From Acidimicrobiia bacterium (GTDB taxonomy: Bacteria > Actinomycetota > Acidimicrobiia > Acidimicrobiales > VFJN01), in the NCBI GenBank assembly GCA_046565645.1, contig JBKHYD010000040.1, forward strand, positions 71,785 through 135,784: a stretch of 64,000 bases of DNA. Direction: 5' to 3'. This document shows positions 48,530 through 57,235 of the stretch, one piece after another. The notes under the pieces were generated by a model. That model was given only the letters and a program-made list of their open reading frames with translations, did no database searches and was not told where the DNA came from. Positions within the stretch are counted from its first letter, which is position 1; each line of letters starts with the position of its first letter. Made by a program: the position numbers and the translations under genes.

Positions 48530-50154
48530 AGCCAGCCGCCCGGAGCGGGCCGGTCGCGGCCCCGGGCTCGGTCGACCAGGAGGACGACCGCCGCGGTCAG
48601 GACCATGAGCACGACGCTGAGAGCGAAGGCCTGGCTGGCGTTCACCGCGCCGGGACGTGCGAGGAGCCGGTCGATGGCCACCGGGACGGTCGGGGTGTCG
48701 GCCCGGGCGATGACGATGGTGGCGCCGAACTCCCCGAGCGAGATCGCGAAGGCGAACCCCGCCGCCACCACGACCGCCCGGCGGACGAGCGGCAGGTCCA
48801 CCTCCCGCCAGGCCCGGGCTGGGGAGGCGCCGAGGACGGCCGCTGCCTCCCGCAGCCGGGGATCGACCGAGCGCAGCACCGGGGTCATCGTCCGCACCAC
48901 GAAGGGCAGCGCGACGACGGCCTGCGCGATCGGCACCAGCCACGGGCTGGCCCGCAGGTCGACCGGCTCGTCGAGCGAGATGAGCAGGCCGAACCCCACG
49001 GTGACCGCCGAGGTGCCGAGCGGGAGGAGGAGCGCCGAGTCGACGACGCGGGCCACACGGCCGCCCGGCGTGGTCAGCGCCACCGCGGCCAGGCCGCCCA
49101 GGACCACCGCCAGGGCGGTGGCCGCGACGGCGAAGCGCACCGAGTTGGCGACCGCCTCCGAAGCGGGGACGAAGAGGCCGCTGTCTGCGGTCCGCTCGGT
49201 CACAGCCCGCCAGGCGGTCAGGCTGTAGGCGGCGCCGGTGCGGAGTGACCGCTCGGCGAGCACGGCGAGCGGGGTGACGAGGAGCGCAGCCATGAGCGCG
49301 AGGTTGGCGACGACCCACGCTCGCTGCCCGGGGGTCCTCGGGCGACGGCGGCGGGGTGTCGTGAGCGCCACGGCCGCCCGGCGACGGCGCTCGAGGTGGT
49401 CCTGGACGCCGAGGAGCGCCGCCACCGCAGCCAGCTGGAGGAGCGCCAGCACCGACGCCACCGGGAGGTCGAGCAGGTCGGCGGTCTGCCGATAGACCTC
49501 CACCTCGAGGGTGGCGTGCTCGGGGCCGCCCAGGATCCGCACCACGCCGAAGGAGGTGAAGGTGAAGAGGAACACGATCACGCCCGCCGAGGCGATCGCG
49601 GGCCGCAGCGCGGGGAGGGTGACCTCGCGCCAGGCCCGCCACCGGGAGGCTCCGAGCACCCGCGCCGCCTCCTCGGTGCGCTCGTCGAGGCCCTCCCAGA
49701 GGCCGCCGACGGTCCGGACGACGACGGCGTGGTTGAAGAAGACGTGGGCGAGGAGGATCGCCCAGACGGTGTCGCCGAGGTCGAGCCCGAGCGGACCCCG
49801 GGGGCCGAGCAGGGCGAGGAAGGCGGCGCCCACCACCACGGTGGGCAGGACGAAGGGCACCGTCACGAGCGCCTGCACCGCGCGCCGCCCTCGGAACTCG
49901 TAGCGAGCCAGGACCTGCGCCGCCGGTAGCGCGACGAGCAGGGTGAGGGCGGTGGACGCCGCCGCCTGTGCGGCGGTGAACCAGGCCACGCGACGCAGGG
50001 CGGGGTCCCCGAGGACCTCACCCACCCCGCGCAGGTCCCACCCGTCGTCGGAGCGCAGGCCCTCTCCCACGATGTTCGCCACCGGCCAGGCGAAGAACAC
50101 GATGAGGAACGCCACCGGTCCGGCGAGGAGCAGCGCTCGGGCGCGACCGCTCAC
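48526..50154 (-). CDS. thiP: Thiamine/iron-type ABC importer permease (duplicated two-domain permease)
   Basis: 542-aa duplicated MetI-like permease. Sits in the riboswitch-controlled operon. Confidence 0.85.
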   Translation of the reverse strand: MSGRARALLLAGPVAFLIVFFAWPVANIVGEGLRSDDGWDLRGVGEVLGDPALRRVAWFTAAQAAASTALTLLVALPAAQVLARYEFRGRRAVQALVTVPFVLPTVVVGAAFLALLGPRGPLGLDLGDTVWAILLAHVFFNHAVVVRTVGGLWEGLDERTEEAARVLGASRWRAWREVTLPALRPAIASAGVIVFLFTFTSFGVVRILGGPEHATLEVEVYRQTADLLDLPVASVLALLQLAAVAALLGVQDHLERRRRAAVALTTPRRRRPRTPGQRAWVVANLALMAALLVTPLAVLAERSLRTGAAYSLTAWRAVTERTADSGLFVPASEAVANSVRFAVAATALAVVLGGLAAVALTTPGGRVARVVDSALLLPLGTSAVTVGFGLLISLDEPVDLRASPWLVPIAQAVVALPFVVRTMTPVLRSVDPRLREAAAVLGASPARAWREVDLPLVRRAVVVAAGFAFAISLGEFGATIVIARADTPTVPVAIDRLLARPGAVNASQAFALSVVLMVLTAAVVLLVDRARGRDRPAPGGWL

Positions 50155-50200
50155 GAGACCGCGTCCGGCCCGCGTCGGCGGCGCGCTCCGGGCACCGGAG

Positions 50201-51298
50201 TCATCGCAACACGATGTCGGTCCAGGCGTCGATCCACTCGGCCCGCCGCTCGCCGATGCGGGCGGGGTCCAGGACGGCCACCTCCTCGGGGGTGACCGCG
50301 TGCTCCTCGAACTCGGGGGGCAGCGGCACGCCGGACCGGACCGGGTAGACGAACATCGACAGCGGCACGTCGGCCTGGAACGCCTCCGAGAGCAGGAAGT
50401 CGATCAGCTGGCCCGCCTCCTCCTCGTGGTCGGTCCCGGCCAGGATCCCAGCTCCCTCCACCTGGCGGTAGCACCCAGCCGTGATCACGCCGGTAGGCGC
50501 CTCGTCGACCGGCGGGTCGGCGTAGACGACCTCCACCGGGGGGCTGGAGGCGTACGACACGACCAGTGGGCGGTCGCCCTCGCTGGTGGCGCCGCCGGAG
50601 AACTCACCGTAGTAGGCGTCCTCCCAGCCGCTCGTCACGGTGACCCCGTTGTCTCGCAGCGACCTCCACCAGTCCTGCCAGCCGTCCTCGCCGTACTCGG
50701 CGATGGTGGCCAGCAGGAAGGCCAGCCCCGGGGACGAGGTGGCGGGGTTCTCGACCACGAGCAGGTCTCGGTAGGCGGGGTCGATCAGGTCGTCGAGGGA
50801 GTCGGGCACGGCCAGGCCAGCGTCCGCGAACCAGGCCTTGTCGTAGTTCAAGCAGACGTCCCCGTAGTCGATCGGCGTCACCCGGTGCTCCGGGTCGAGG
50901 AGGAGCGCCTCGTCGACCTCCTCGAGGCCTTCGGCCTCGTGGGGCACGAACAGGTCTTCCTCGAGAGCGCGGCTGAGGAAGGTGGAGTCGATGCCGAAGA
51001 GCACGTCGGCCTGGGGGTTGCCCTTGGTGAGGATGGCCTGGTTGACCACCGTGCCGGCGTCGCCGCCCTGCAGCAGCTCGACCTCGATGCCGGTCTCGGC
51101 GGTGAAGGCGTCGAGCACCCCATCGCTGACTGCGAACGAGTCGTGGGTGAGGAGCCGGAGCGTCACGGACTCAGTGCGGTCCGCACCGTCGCTGTCGGCA
51201 CGATCGTCGTCACCGCAGCCGGCGAGCACGGCGACCGCGACGAGACCGGGGAGGAAGGTCCTGAGCAGGCGATGGAGGCGGGGGGTGATCGTCATCAT
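50201..51298 (-). CDS. thiB: Thiamine ABC importer substrate-binding lipoprotein
   Basis: 365 aa. Lipobox LAGC after the signal peptide, and a periplasmic binding protein fold. Operon context with TPK and the TPP riboswitch. Confidence 0.82.
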   Translation of the reverse strand: MMTITPRLHRLLRTFLPGLVAVAVLAGCGDDDRADSDGADRTESVTLRLLTHDSFAVSDGVLDAFTAETGIEVELLQGGDAGTVVNQAILTKGNPQADVLFGIDSTFLSRALEEDLFVPHEAEGLEEVDEALLLDPEHRVTPIDYGDVCLNYDKAWFADAGLAVPDSLDDLIDPAYRDLLVVENPATSSPGLAFLLATIAEYGEDGWQDWWRSLRDNGVTVTSGWEDAYYGEFSGGATSEGDRPLVVSYASSPPVEVVYADPPVDEAPTGVITAGCYRQVEGAGILAGTDHEEEAGQLIDFLLSEAFQADVPLSMFVYPVRSGVPLPPEFEEHAVTPEEVAVLDPARIGERRAEWIDAWTDIVLR

Positions 51299-51978
51299 GG
51301 GGTCCTCTGGAGGTGGTGGGTGCCGATGGATCCGGGTTGCACGACGAGGAGCACGCCGCTGGCGAGGCGGACCCGGGCCGAGGAGGCCTCGAGCTCGTTG
51401 CTGACGCCTCGGGTCGATCCGGGGAGCAGGTCCTCGCCGGCCAGCGGGTACAGCAGCCCCTCGGTGGTCACGGCGGTGGCCGGTCGGTGCAGGGCGAGGA
51501 GCGAGACGAGCTCCCCGGGCACCCCCCGTACCTCACCGGACGACCGCACCACGGTGAGCGTGGCGCCCCCCATGTGGGCGACGACCTCCACCGAGGCGTA
51601 GCGGTCGGCGGTGAGGAGGGCGGCGTTGGCGAGGAGGTGGTCCACCCGGCCGCCGTGGCCGCCGAGCACCACGATCCGCGCCGGCCTGCGGACGAGCGCC
51701 GCGTCGAGCGCCAGCTCGAGGTCGGTGGCGTCCTTGGCCGCGGGGTGGCGCTCGATGCAGGTGCCATCGGCCTCGGCCCGGCTCAGAGCCCGCTGGGTGA
51801 CCGAGTCGAAGTCCCCGACCGCCACGTGCACCCGCAGCCCAAGGGCATGGGCGTGGTCGAGGCCGGAGTCGGCGGCGATCACGACGGCGTCGTCGGGCAC
51901 CCAGGCGCGCTCCGCCGGCAGGACGGGGTCTCCCCCGGCCACCACGACGATCGTGCCCTCTGCGCCTGGCGCTGCCAT
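51295..51978 (-). CDS. Thiamine pyrophosphokinase
   Basis: 227 aa. ADSGLDHA...VGDFDS, KDATDLELAL and GGRVDH are TPK catalytic-domain motifs. 4-nt overlap with thiB. Confidence 0.85.
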   Translation of the reverse strand: MAAPGAEGTIVVVAGGDPVLPAERAWVPDDAVVIAADSGLDHAHALGLRVHVAVGDFDSVTQRALSRAEADGTCIERHPAAKDATDLELALDAALVRRPARIVVLGGHGGRVDHLLANAALLTADRYASVEVVAHMGGATLTVVRSSGEVRGVPGELVSLLALHRPATAVTTEGLLYPLAGEDLLPGSTRGVSNELEASSARVRLASGVLLVVQPGSIGTHHLQRTP

Positions 51979-51982
51979 CTGC

Positions 51983-52074
51983 CGATTCCCTCCGCCGGCA
52001 TTACCCGGTTCAGGTTCCTCGGGTCGGTGGCGTGCCCTGCGGCGTGGCCACCCTCTCAGCCCGGCTACCCCGAG
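51983..52074 (-). promoter_or_regulatory. TPP (THI-box) riboswitch
   Basis: Minus-strand read: CTCGGGGTAGCCGGGCTGAGAGG...GACCCGAGGAACCTGAACCGGGTAATGCCGGCGGAGGGAATCGGCAG followed by the ATG. Contains the conserved GGGG-GC, CUGAGA, ACCC and GAACCUGA-C-GG-UAAUGCC-GCG-AGGGA elements. Its 3' GGAGGGA doubles as the RBS. Confidence 0.88.
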
Positions 52075-52157
52075 CTCCCCTTCGTGCCCCCACCACCCTA
52101 GCGGCCGCGCCCCCCGAACCGTCCCTCGAGTTCGGGCGGCCCGGTACCGTCGGCGCC

Positions 52158-53306
52158 GTGGAACGCACCCTCTTCGACGCCGAGCACGACATGTTCCGGA
52201 ACTCCGTCCGGTCCTTCATCACCAAGGAGGTGGTCCCCCACCACCAGCGCTGGGAGGCCGAGGGCATCGTCGACCGCGACCTCTTCGCCAAGGCGGGGGC
52301 CAACGGGTTCCTCGGCATGGCCGTGCCCGAGGCGCTGGGGGGAGGAGGGGTGGACGACTTCCGCTACAACGTCGTCATCGCCGAGGAGGTCCAGCGCTCC
52401 GGGGTGAACGCCGCCGGGCTGGGATGGACCCTCCACAACGACATCTGCCTCCCCTACTTCCTCACCCTCACCACCCCCGAGCAGCAGGAGCGGTGGCTGC
52501 CGGGGATCTGCTCGGGCGAGCTGATCACCGCCATCGCCATGACCGAGCCAGGCATCGGCTCCGACCTGGCCTCAATGACGACCACCGCCATCCGGGACGG
52601 CGACGACTACGTCGTGAACGGCTCCAAGACGTTCATCACCAACGGCATCAACGCCGACCTCGTGATCACCGCGGTGAAGACGGACCCCGGCGAGCGCCAC
52701 GCCGGCATGAGCCTCCTCGTCCTGGAGCGGGGCATGGAGGGCTTCAAGCGCGGCCGCAACCTCGAGAAGGTGGGCATGCACGCCCAGGACACGGCCGAGC
52801 TGTTCTTCACCGATGTGCGGGTGCCGGTCGCCAACCGCCTCGGGGAGGAGGGCAGCGGCTTCCGCTCCCTCGTGGCCAAGCTGCCCCAGGAGCGGCTCTC
52901 GATCGCGGTGACCGCCGTGGCGCAGGCCCGCCAGGCCCTCGACTGGACGCTCGAGTACGTGAAGGACCGCACCGCCTTCGGGGTCCCGATCGGGTCGTTC
53001 CAGAACAGCCGCTTCCGGTTGGCCGAGATGGCCACCGAGATCGAGATCGCCCAGACGTTCACCGACCGCTGCGTCCTCGCGCTGAACGACGGCACCTTGA
53101 CGGCCGAGGAGGCGGCCATGGCGAAGTGGTGGTGCACGGAGCTGGCCAAGCGGGTCGTCGACACCTGCGTCCAGCTCCACGGCGGCTACGGCTACATGCT
53201 GGAGTACCCCATCGCCCGCGCCTACGCCGACGTCCGCATCACCACGATCTACGGAGGGACCACGGAGATCATGAAGGAGATCATCGGGAGGAGCCTCGGT
53301 GTCTGA
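52158..53306 (+). CDS. Acyl-CoA dehydrogenase
   Basis: ORF 52032..53306 trimmed to the GTG at 52158 (VERTLFDAEHDMFR). ITAIAMTEPGIGSDLA and a C-terminal YGGTTEIMKEIIGR-type ending. Confidence 0.9.
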   Translation: MERTLFDAEHDMFRNSVRSFITKEVVPHHQRWEAEGIVDRDLFAKAGANGFLGMAVPEALGGGGVDDFRYNVVIAEEVQRSGVNAAGLGWTLHNDICLPYFLTLTTPEQQERWLPGICSGELITAIAMTEPGIGSDLASMTTTAIRDGDDYVVNGSKTFITNGINADLVITAVKTDPGERHAGMSLLVLERGMEGFKRGRNLEKVGMHAQDTAELFFTDVRVPVANRLGEEGSGFRSLVAKLPQERLSIAVTAVAQARQALDWTLEYVKDRTAFGVPIGSFQNSRFRLAEMATEIEIAQTFTDRCVLALNDGTLTAEEAAMAKWWCTELAKRVVDTCVQLHGGYGYMLEYPIARAYADVRITTIYGGTTEIMKEIIGRSLGV

Positions 53307-53784
53307 GACCTCACGCTACGACCGGCTCGTCAACCGGTTCTCGGCCACCCGCGCCGGCTCGTGGATGGTGAAGCACGTCGCCTCCAGGATCGACCCGGTC
53401 ATCTTCAAGGCCACCAACGGCCGCTTCACCTCGACCGGGCGCCCCACCCTGCCGATGCTCGCCCTCACCGTCCCGGGCCGCAAGAGCGGCGAGCCGCGCA
53501 CCGTCCAGCTCGCCTACCACCGAGACGGCGACGACCTCCTCGTCGTGGCCAGCGCGATGGGCCAGGAGCGCCACCCGGCCTGGCGCTACAACCTGGAGGC
53601 GGCCGGCGGCGGCGAGGTGCAGGTGCGCGGCGACCGCTACCGGGTGACCGCCACCGTCCTCTCCGACGACGAGAAGGCCCGGCTCTGGCCGGCGATCGCA
53701 GAGACGATCCCCCAGATGCACACGTACGTCCGCCGCACCGACCGCAACATCCGGGTCTTCCGCCTCACCCGAACCGACGTCTGA
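53299..53784 (+). CDS. Deazaflavin (F420H2)-dependent nitroreductase family protein (DDN-like)
   Basis: 161 aa. L(L)[29 protein letters not shown]...HPAWRYNLEA and RNIRVFRL are typical of the family. Confidence 0.88.
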   Translation: MSETSRYDRLVNRFSATRAGSWMVKHVASRIDPVIFKATNGRFTSTGRPTLPMLALTVPGRKSGEPRTVQLAYHRDGDDLLVVASAMGQERHPAWRYNLEAAGGGEVQVRGDRYRVTATVLSDDEKARLWPAIAETIPQMHTYVRRTDRNIRVFRLTRTDV

Positions 53785-53804
53785 GGGCCCTCGGAGGGCT
53801 CCGC

Positions 53805-53825
53805 CGTCCAACGTCTTGCGACAAC
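53805..53825. repeat. 21-nt repeat arm CGTCCAACGTCTTGCGACAAC (left arm of a perfect inverted pair with 54161..54181)
   Basis: Exact reverse complement of 54161..54181, verified base by base. Followed by a local hairpin containing CCGCTACGGCTC. Confidence 0.85.
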
Positions 53826-53882
53826 CCTCCGCTACGGCTCGTCGCAGCTCAGGGCCTGGTGGCCGAGAAGGCGATGGGTCAG

Positions 53883-54005
53883 CTAGCCGGTGAAGAGGAC
53901 GGCGAGCACGACGGCGAGGAAGCCCACCGCCATGACATAGCGCGTGGCCCGCGCCTGCTCCTCGATCGCCCGCCCTATCGCCTTCAGGACCTCTTCCTCG
54001 TTCAT
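53883..54005 (-). CDS. Small tail-anchored membrane peptide (40 aa), hypothetical
   Basis: ATG at 54005 is preceded by AAGGA 7 nt upstream. MNEEEVLKAIGRAIEEQARATRYVMAVGFLAVVLAVLFTG. Third codon positions are G/C in nearly all codons, matching host coding bias. Confidence 0.5.
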   Translation of the reverse strand: MNEEEVLKAIGRAIEEQARATRYVMAVGFLAVVLAVLFTG

Positions 54006-54100
54006 CGTCACATCCTTGTCGACCGAGCGAGCGGAGCACCCGACCATGTGCCGGTTGGAATCTCGACGCGGCGTGGTGAACGACCTCGGTCTCGTCCCCT

Positions 54101-54181
54101 GTCCAGCGTCTTGCGACAGGTGGGCGGTCCGGACGGTCGCGTCGCCGCGGCCCCGGTCTCGTTGTCGCAAGACGTTGGACG
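54101..54181. repeat. Long hairpin: GTCCAGCGTCTTGCGACAG (54101..54119) paired with GTTGTCGCAAGACGTTGGACG (54161..54181), 41-nt loop
   Basis: 17 of 19 positions are complementary, read directly. The right arm is also the perfect partner of 53805..53825. Confidence 0.8.
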
Positions 54182-54211
54182 AACGGTGGGCGCCGGACCG
54201 TGGAACGACGG

Positions 54212-54529
54212 TCAGGGTCGTGCCTCGGAGACCCGCGCGGCGTGCTCGCCGACCTGCTGGCGGAACCACCAGGCGGTCGAGCGCGGCAGCCGTCGGCCGG
54301 GGCCGTAGACGCCTCGGTCGAGCACGATCGCCCGGCCCTGGCGGACCTCGGTGCGCAGGGCGTCGGAGATGGCCTTGCTGGCCCGGCCGGTCGGTCGGAA
54401 CCCGGCGGCGGCCACCGCCTCCTCGAGGCGTGCAACGGTCATCGCCGAGCCTCGCTGGTGCAGGAGCAGCGCCAGGAGGTGCCGCAGCGGGCGTCCGGCG
54501 ATGGGCAGCAGCGTCGTCGGCGTGTCCAT
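54212..54529 (-). CDS. Hypothetical protein (105 aa, possible winged-helix DNA-binding)
   Basis: Last 105 codons of ORF 54212..55834 from the ATG at 54529, 50 nt downstream of the ACAD gene. The helix-rich RGSAMTVARLEEAV segment suggests an HTH. This is a weak call. Confidence 0.45.
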   Translation of the reverse strand: MDTPTTLLPIAGRPLRHLLALLLHQRGSAMTVARLEEAVAAAGFRPTGRASKAISDALRTEVRQGRAIVLDRGVYGPGRRLPRSTAWWFRQQVGEHAARVSEARP

Positions 54530-54579
54530 CGCCCCAGCCTGGTCGTCGCCTGTGACAGCGACGCCGGGGACGGAACGTG

Positions 54580-55806
54580 TCAGCGGCGGAGGAGGTCCTT
54601 CGCGATGTGGGTGATCTGGATCTCGTCGGTTCCGGCGTAGATCTGCAGGACCTTGGCGTCGCGGGCGAGCTGTTCGACGTGGAACTCGCTCATGTAGCCG
54701 TTGCCGCCGAAGAGCTGCACGGCCTCCATGGCCACCTCCGTGGCGGCCCGGGCCGAGTAGAGCTTCATGGCCGAGGCCTCGGCCAGGGTGAGGCTGCGGC
54801 CCGCGTCGGACATCTCGAGGTGCCGGAACACGAGGTTCTGGACGTTGAGGCGGGCCACCTCCATGCGAGCCAGCTTCTCCTGGATGAGCTGGAACTCCCC
54901 GATGGGCTGGCCGAACTGCACCCGGTCCTTGGAGTACTGCACGCAGAGCTCGAGGCACTTGTCGATGATCCCGAGGGCCATGGCGGCCACTCCGGAGCGC
55001 TCCATCGAGAAGGTGTCCTTGGCGCCCTCCCGGCCACCGGAGGGGACGTCCTCGGTCTCGCCGATGAGGCGGTCCCGGCCGACGCGCACGTCGTCCAGGA
55101 ACAGCTCGCCGGTGGGTGAGGAGTGCATGCCCATCTTGCGCAGCGGCTTGGACTGCTCGAAGCCCGGCATGCCCCTGTCGAGCACGAAGGAGAGGATCTT
55201 GCGCTCCTGGGGCGGGTTGCCCTCGTCGAGCTTGCAGATGAACACCGTGGTGTCGGCGTAGGGCCCGTTGGTGATGAACGTCTTCGAGCCGTTGAGGAGG
55301 TACTCGTTTCCGTCCCGCCGCGCCGTCGAGCGCATCGACCCGAAGGCGTCCGAGCCCGAGCCGGGCTCGGTGATCGCCCAGGCGCCCACCTTGTCCATGG
55401 TGAGCAGGTCGAGCGCCCACCGCTCCTTCTGGGCGATCGTGCCCTTGCTCATGATCGCCGCAGCGGTGAGGCCCATCGACACGCCCATGGCGGTGACCAT
55501 GCCTGGCGAGTACCGGCAGATCTCGATGATCGGGATCATCGTCATCGCCGCGTTGCCGCCGCCCGCGGCCGCCTTCGCGAAGGGCTCGGCCTCGCCGGCG
55601 GCCACCTTCTTCTCGTGCTCGATGCGCTTCTGGAAGCTGGCCCGGGCCATGTCGGCCATGCCGAAGGTCTGGAAGAGCTTGCGGAGGATGTCGTAGGGCG
55701 GGAGGTCCCCGTGCTCGAGCTCCTCGCGCTTGGGGGCGATCTCGGCTTCGACGAACTGACGGACCGCGTCGCGGATCATGAGCTGCTCTTCGGACCACTC
55801 GAACAT
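54580..55806 (-). CDS. Acyl-CoA dehydrogenase
   Basis: 408 aa. WAITEPGSGSDAF, and the C-terminal IYAGTDEIQITHIAKDLL is typical of ACADs. Confidence 0.9.
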   Translation of the reverse strand: MFEWSEEQLMIRDAVRQFVEAEIAPKREELEHGDLPPYDILRKLFQTFGMADMARASFQKRIEHEKKVAAGEAEPFAKAAAGGGNAAMTMIPIIEICRYSPGMVTAMGVSMGLTAAAIMSKGTIAQKERWALDLLTMDKVGAWAITEPGSGSDAFGSMRSTARRDGNEYLLNGSKTFITNGPYADTTVFICKLDEGNPPQERKILSFVLDRGMPGFEQSKPLRKMGMHSSPTGELFLDDVRVGRDRLIGETEDVPSGGREGAKDTFSMERSGVAAMALGIIDKCLELCVQYSKDRVQFGQPIGEFQLIQEKLARMEVARLNVQNLVFRHLEMSDAGRSLTLAEASAMKLYSARAATEVAMEAVQLFGGNGYMSEFHVEQLARDAKVLQIYAGTDEIQITHIAKDLLRR

Positions 55807-55958
55807 GTGGGTCTCCCCGATCAGGTGCTTGCACTGGCCGTGCGAAGAGTAGGACGGCCGGTCGGGGCTGTCAGATCCCAGACCGGTCTCGCCCCCAACG
55901 TGCCGCTCGGGCCTCGACCCCCTATCCTTGACCGGTCCCCCCGCCCCCAGCTCAGGAG

Positions 55959-56447
55959 ATGCGCGTGGCCTTCAAGGTCGGAGACAAGGTCGTCTACCCC
56001 CACCACGGGGCGGCGGTGATCGAGGGCACTGACACCATCACCCTCGCGGACGGAGCCAAGACCAAGTACTTCGTGCTGCGGATGACCCACGGCGACCTGA
56101 TGCTCAAGGTCCCGCAGGAGAAGGCGGAGGAGATCGGCATGCGGTACCCGATCTCCAAGGAGGACGTCGAGGACGTCTTCGAGGTCCTCGCCAAGAAGGA
56201 CGTGCGCGAGCCCACCAACTGGTCTCGGCGGTTCAAGAACCACCAGGAGAAGCTGAAGTCCGGCGACGTGTACCAGGTGGCCGAGGTGGTGCGGAACCTG
56301 GCCCTGCGCGACGCCGACAAGGGCCTCTCCGCCGGCGAGAAGTCGATGTTCGTGAAGGCCCGGCAGGTGCTGGTGAGCGAGCTGGCGTTCGCGCTCAACA
56401 TCTCCGAGGACACCGCCCTCGAGCGCCTCAACAAGACCCTCGCCTGA
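55959..56447 (+). CDS. carD: CarD family RNA polymerase-binding transcriptional regulator
   Basis: 162 aa. FKVGDKVVYPHHGAAVIE..., PTNWSRRFKNHQEKLKSGD and LSAGEKSMFVKARQVLVSEL closely mirror mycobacterial CarD. The start may be the GTG at 55965. Confidence 0.93.
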   Translation: MRVAFKVGDKVVYPHHGAAVIEGTDTITLADGAKTKYFVLRMTHGDLMLKVPQEKAEEIGMRYPISKEDVEDVFEVLAKKDVREPTNWSRRFKNHQEKLKSGDVYQVAEVVRNLALRDADKGLSAGEKSMFVKARQVLVSELAFALNISEDTALERLNKTLA

Positions 56448-56448
56448 C

Positions 56449-57207
56449 GTGACCCGGCGGTGGGCGGCCACCGGGGCCGCGCTCGCCGTCGCCGTCCTGG
56501 CGGCCTGCAGCGGCGGTGACGACGCGTCCGGCCCGACGGCTCCGCCCCCCACCGACGCCGTGATCCTGCAGACCACCACCTCCACCACCGAGGCGCCGAT
56601 CACCGGCGAGCAACTCGTCGTCGTCGACCAGGGCGTCTCGACCTTCCCCGACCCGTTCGACCCCGGGGCGACCCTCGGCGGGTACGGCGTCATCGTCGAG
56701 AACCCCAACCCGGAGGCGATGGCGGCCGGGGTGCACATCTCCACCCGCATCCTCGACGTCGCCGGCACGGAGCTGCTGGTCGACCGGGCGCTCCTCAACG
56801 CCGTGATGCCCGGAGCGCGCATGGCGGTGGGACGCACCCTGATCGAGCCGATCGAGGAGCCCACCCACCTCGAGGTCACCGTCGAGGTGACCGCCTGGCT
56901 CCGCCCGGCGAGCCCCGACGGCGCCACCTCGGTGGACGGCGTCGTCACCGAACCGGAGGCCAACGGCGGCGCGATCACCCGGTTCACCGTGCACTCCACC
57001 TGGCCCCAGATCGAGGAGGGCGTGGACGTCACCGCCGTGTACAGGGCCGAAGACGGCCGCATCCTCGCCGCCGAGTCCACCACCTTGGCCTCGGTGCCGC
57101 CCGACGCCGACACCCCCGGGCAGATCCGGCTCCTCTCGCCCATCCCCTCGCTCGCCGCCACCGAGGTCTACGTCGGTCGCGGCATCGCCGCCCAGACCGC
57201 CGGCTGA
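56449..57207 (+). CDS. Hypothetical lipoprotein
   Basis: 252 aa. Signal peptide with lipobox LAAC, followed by a Thr/Pro-rich linker. No recognised domain. Confidence 0.65.
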   Translation: MTRRWAATGAALAVAVLAACSGGDDASGPTAPPPTDAVILQTTTSTTEAPITGEQLVVVDQGVSTFPDPFDPGATLGGYGVIVENPNPEAMAAGVHISTRILDVAGTELLVDRALLNAVMPGARMAVGRTLIEPIEEPTHLEVTVEVTAWLRPASPDGATSVDGVVTEPEANGGAITRFTVHSTWPQIEEGVDVTAVYRAEDGRILAAESTTLASVPPDADTPGQIRLLSPIPSLAATEVYVGRGIAAQTAG

Positions 57208-57235
57208 CCCGGCCCCGAACCCCCCAAGGAAGACC

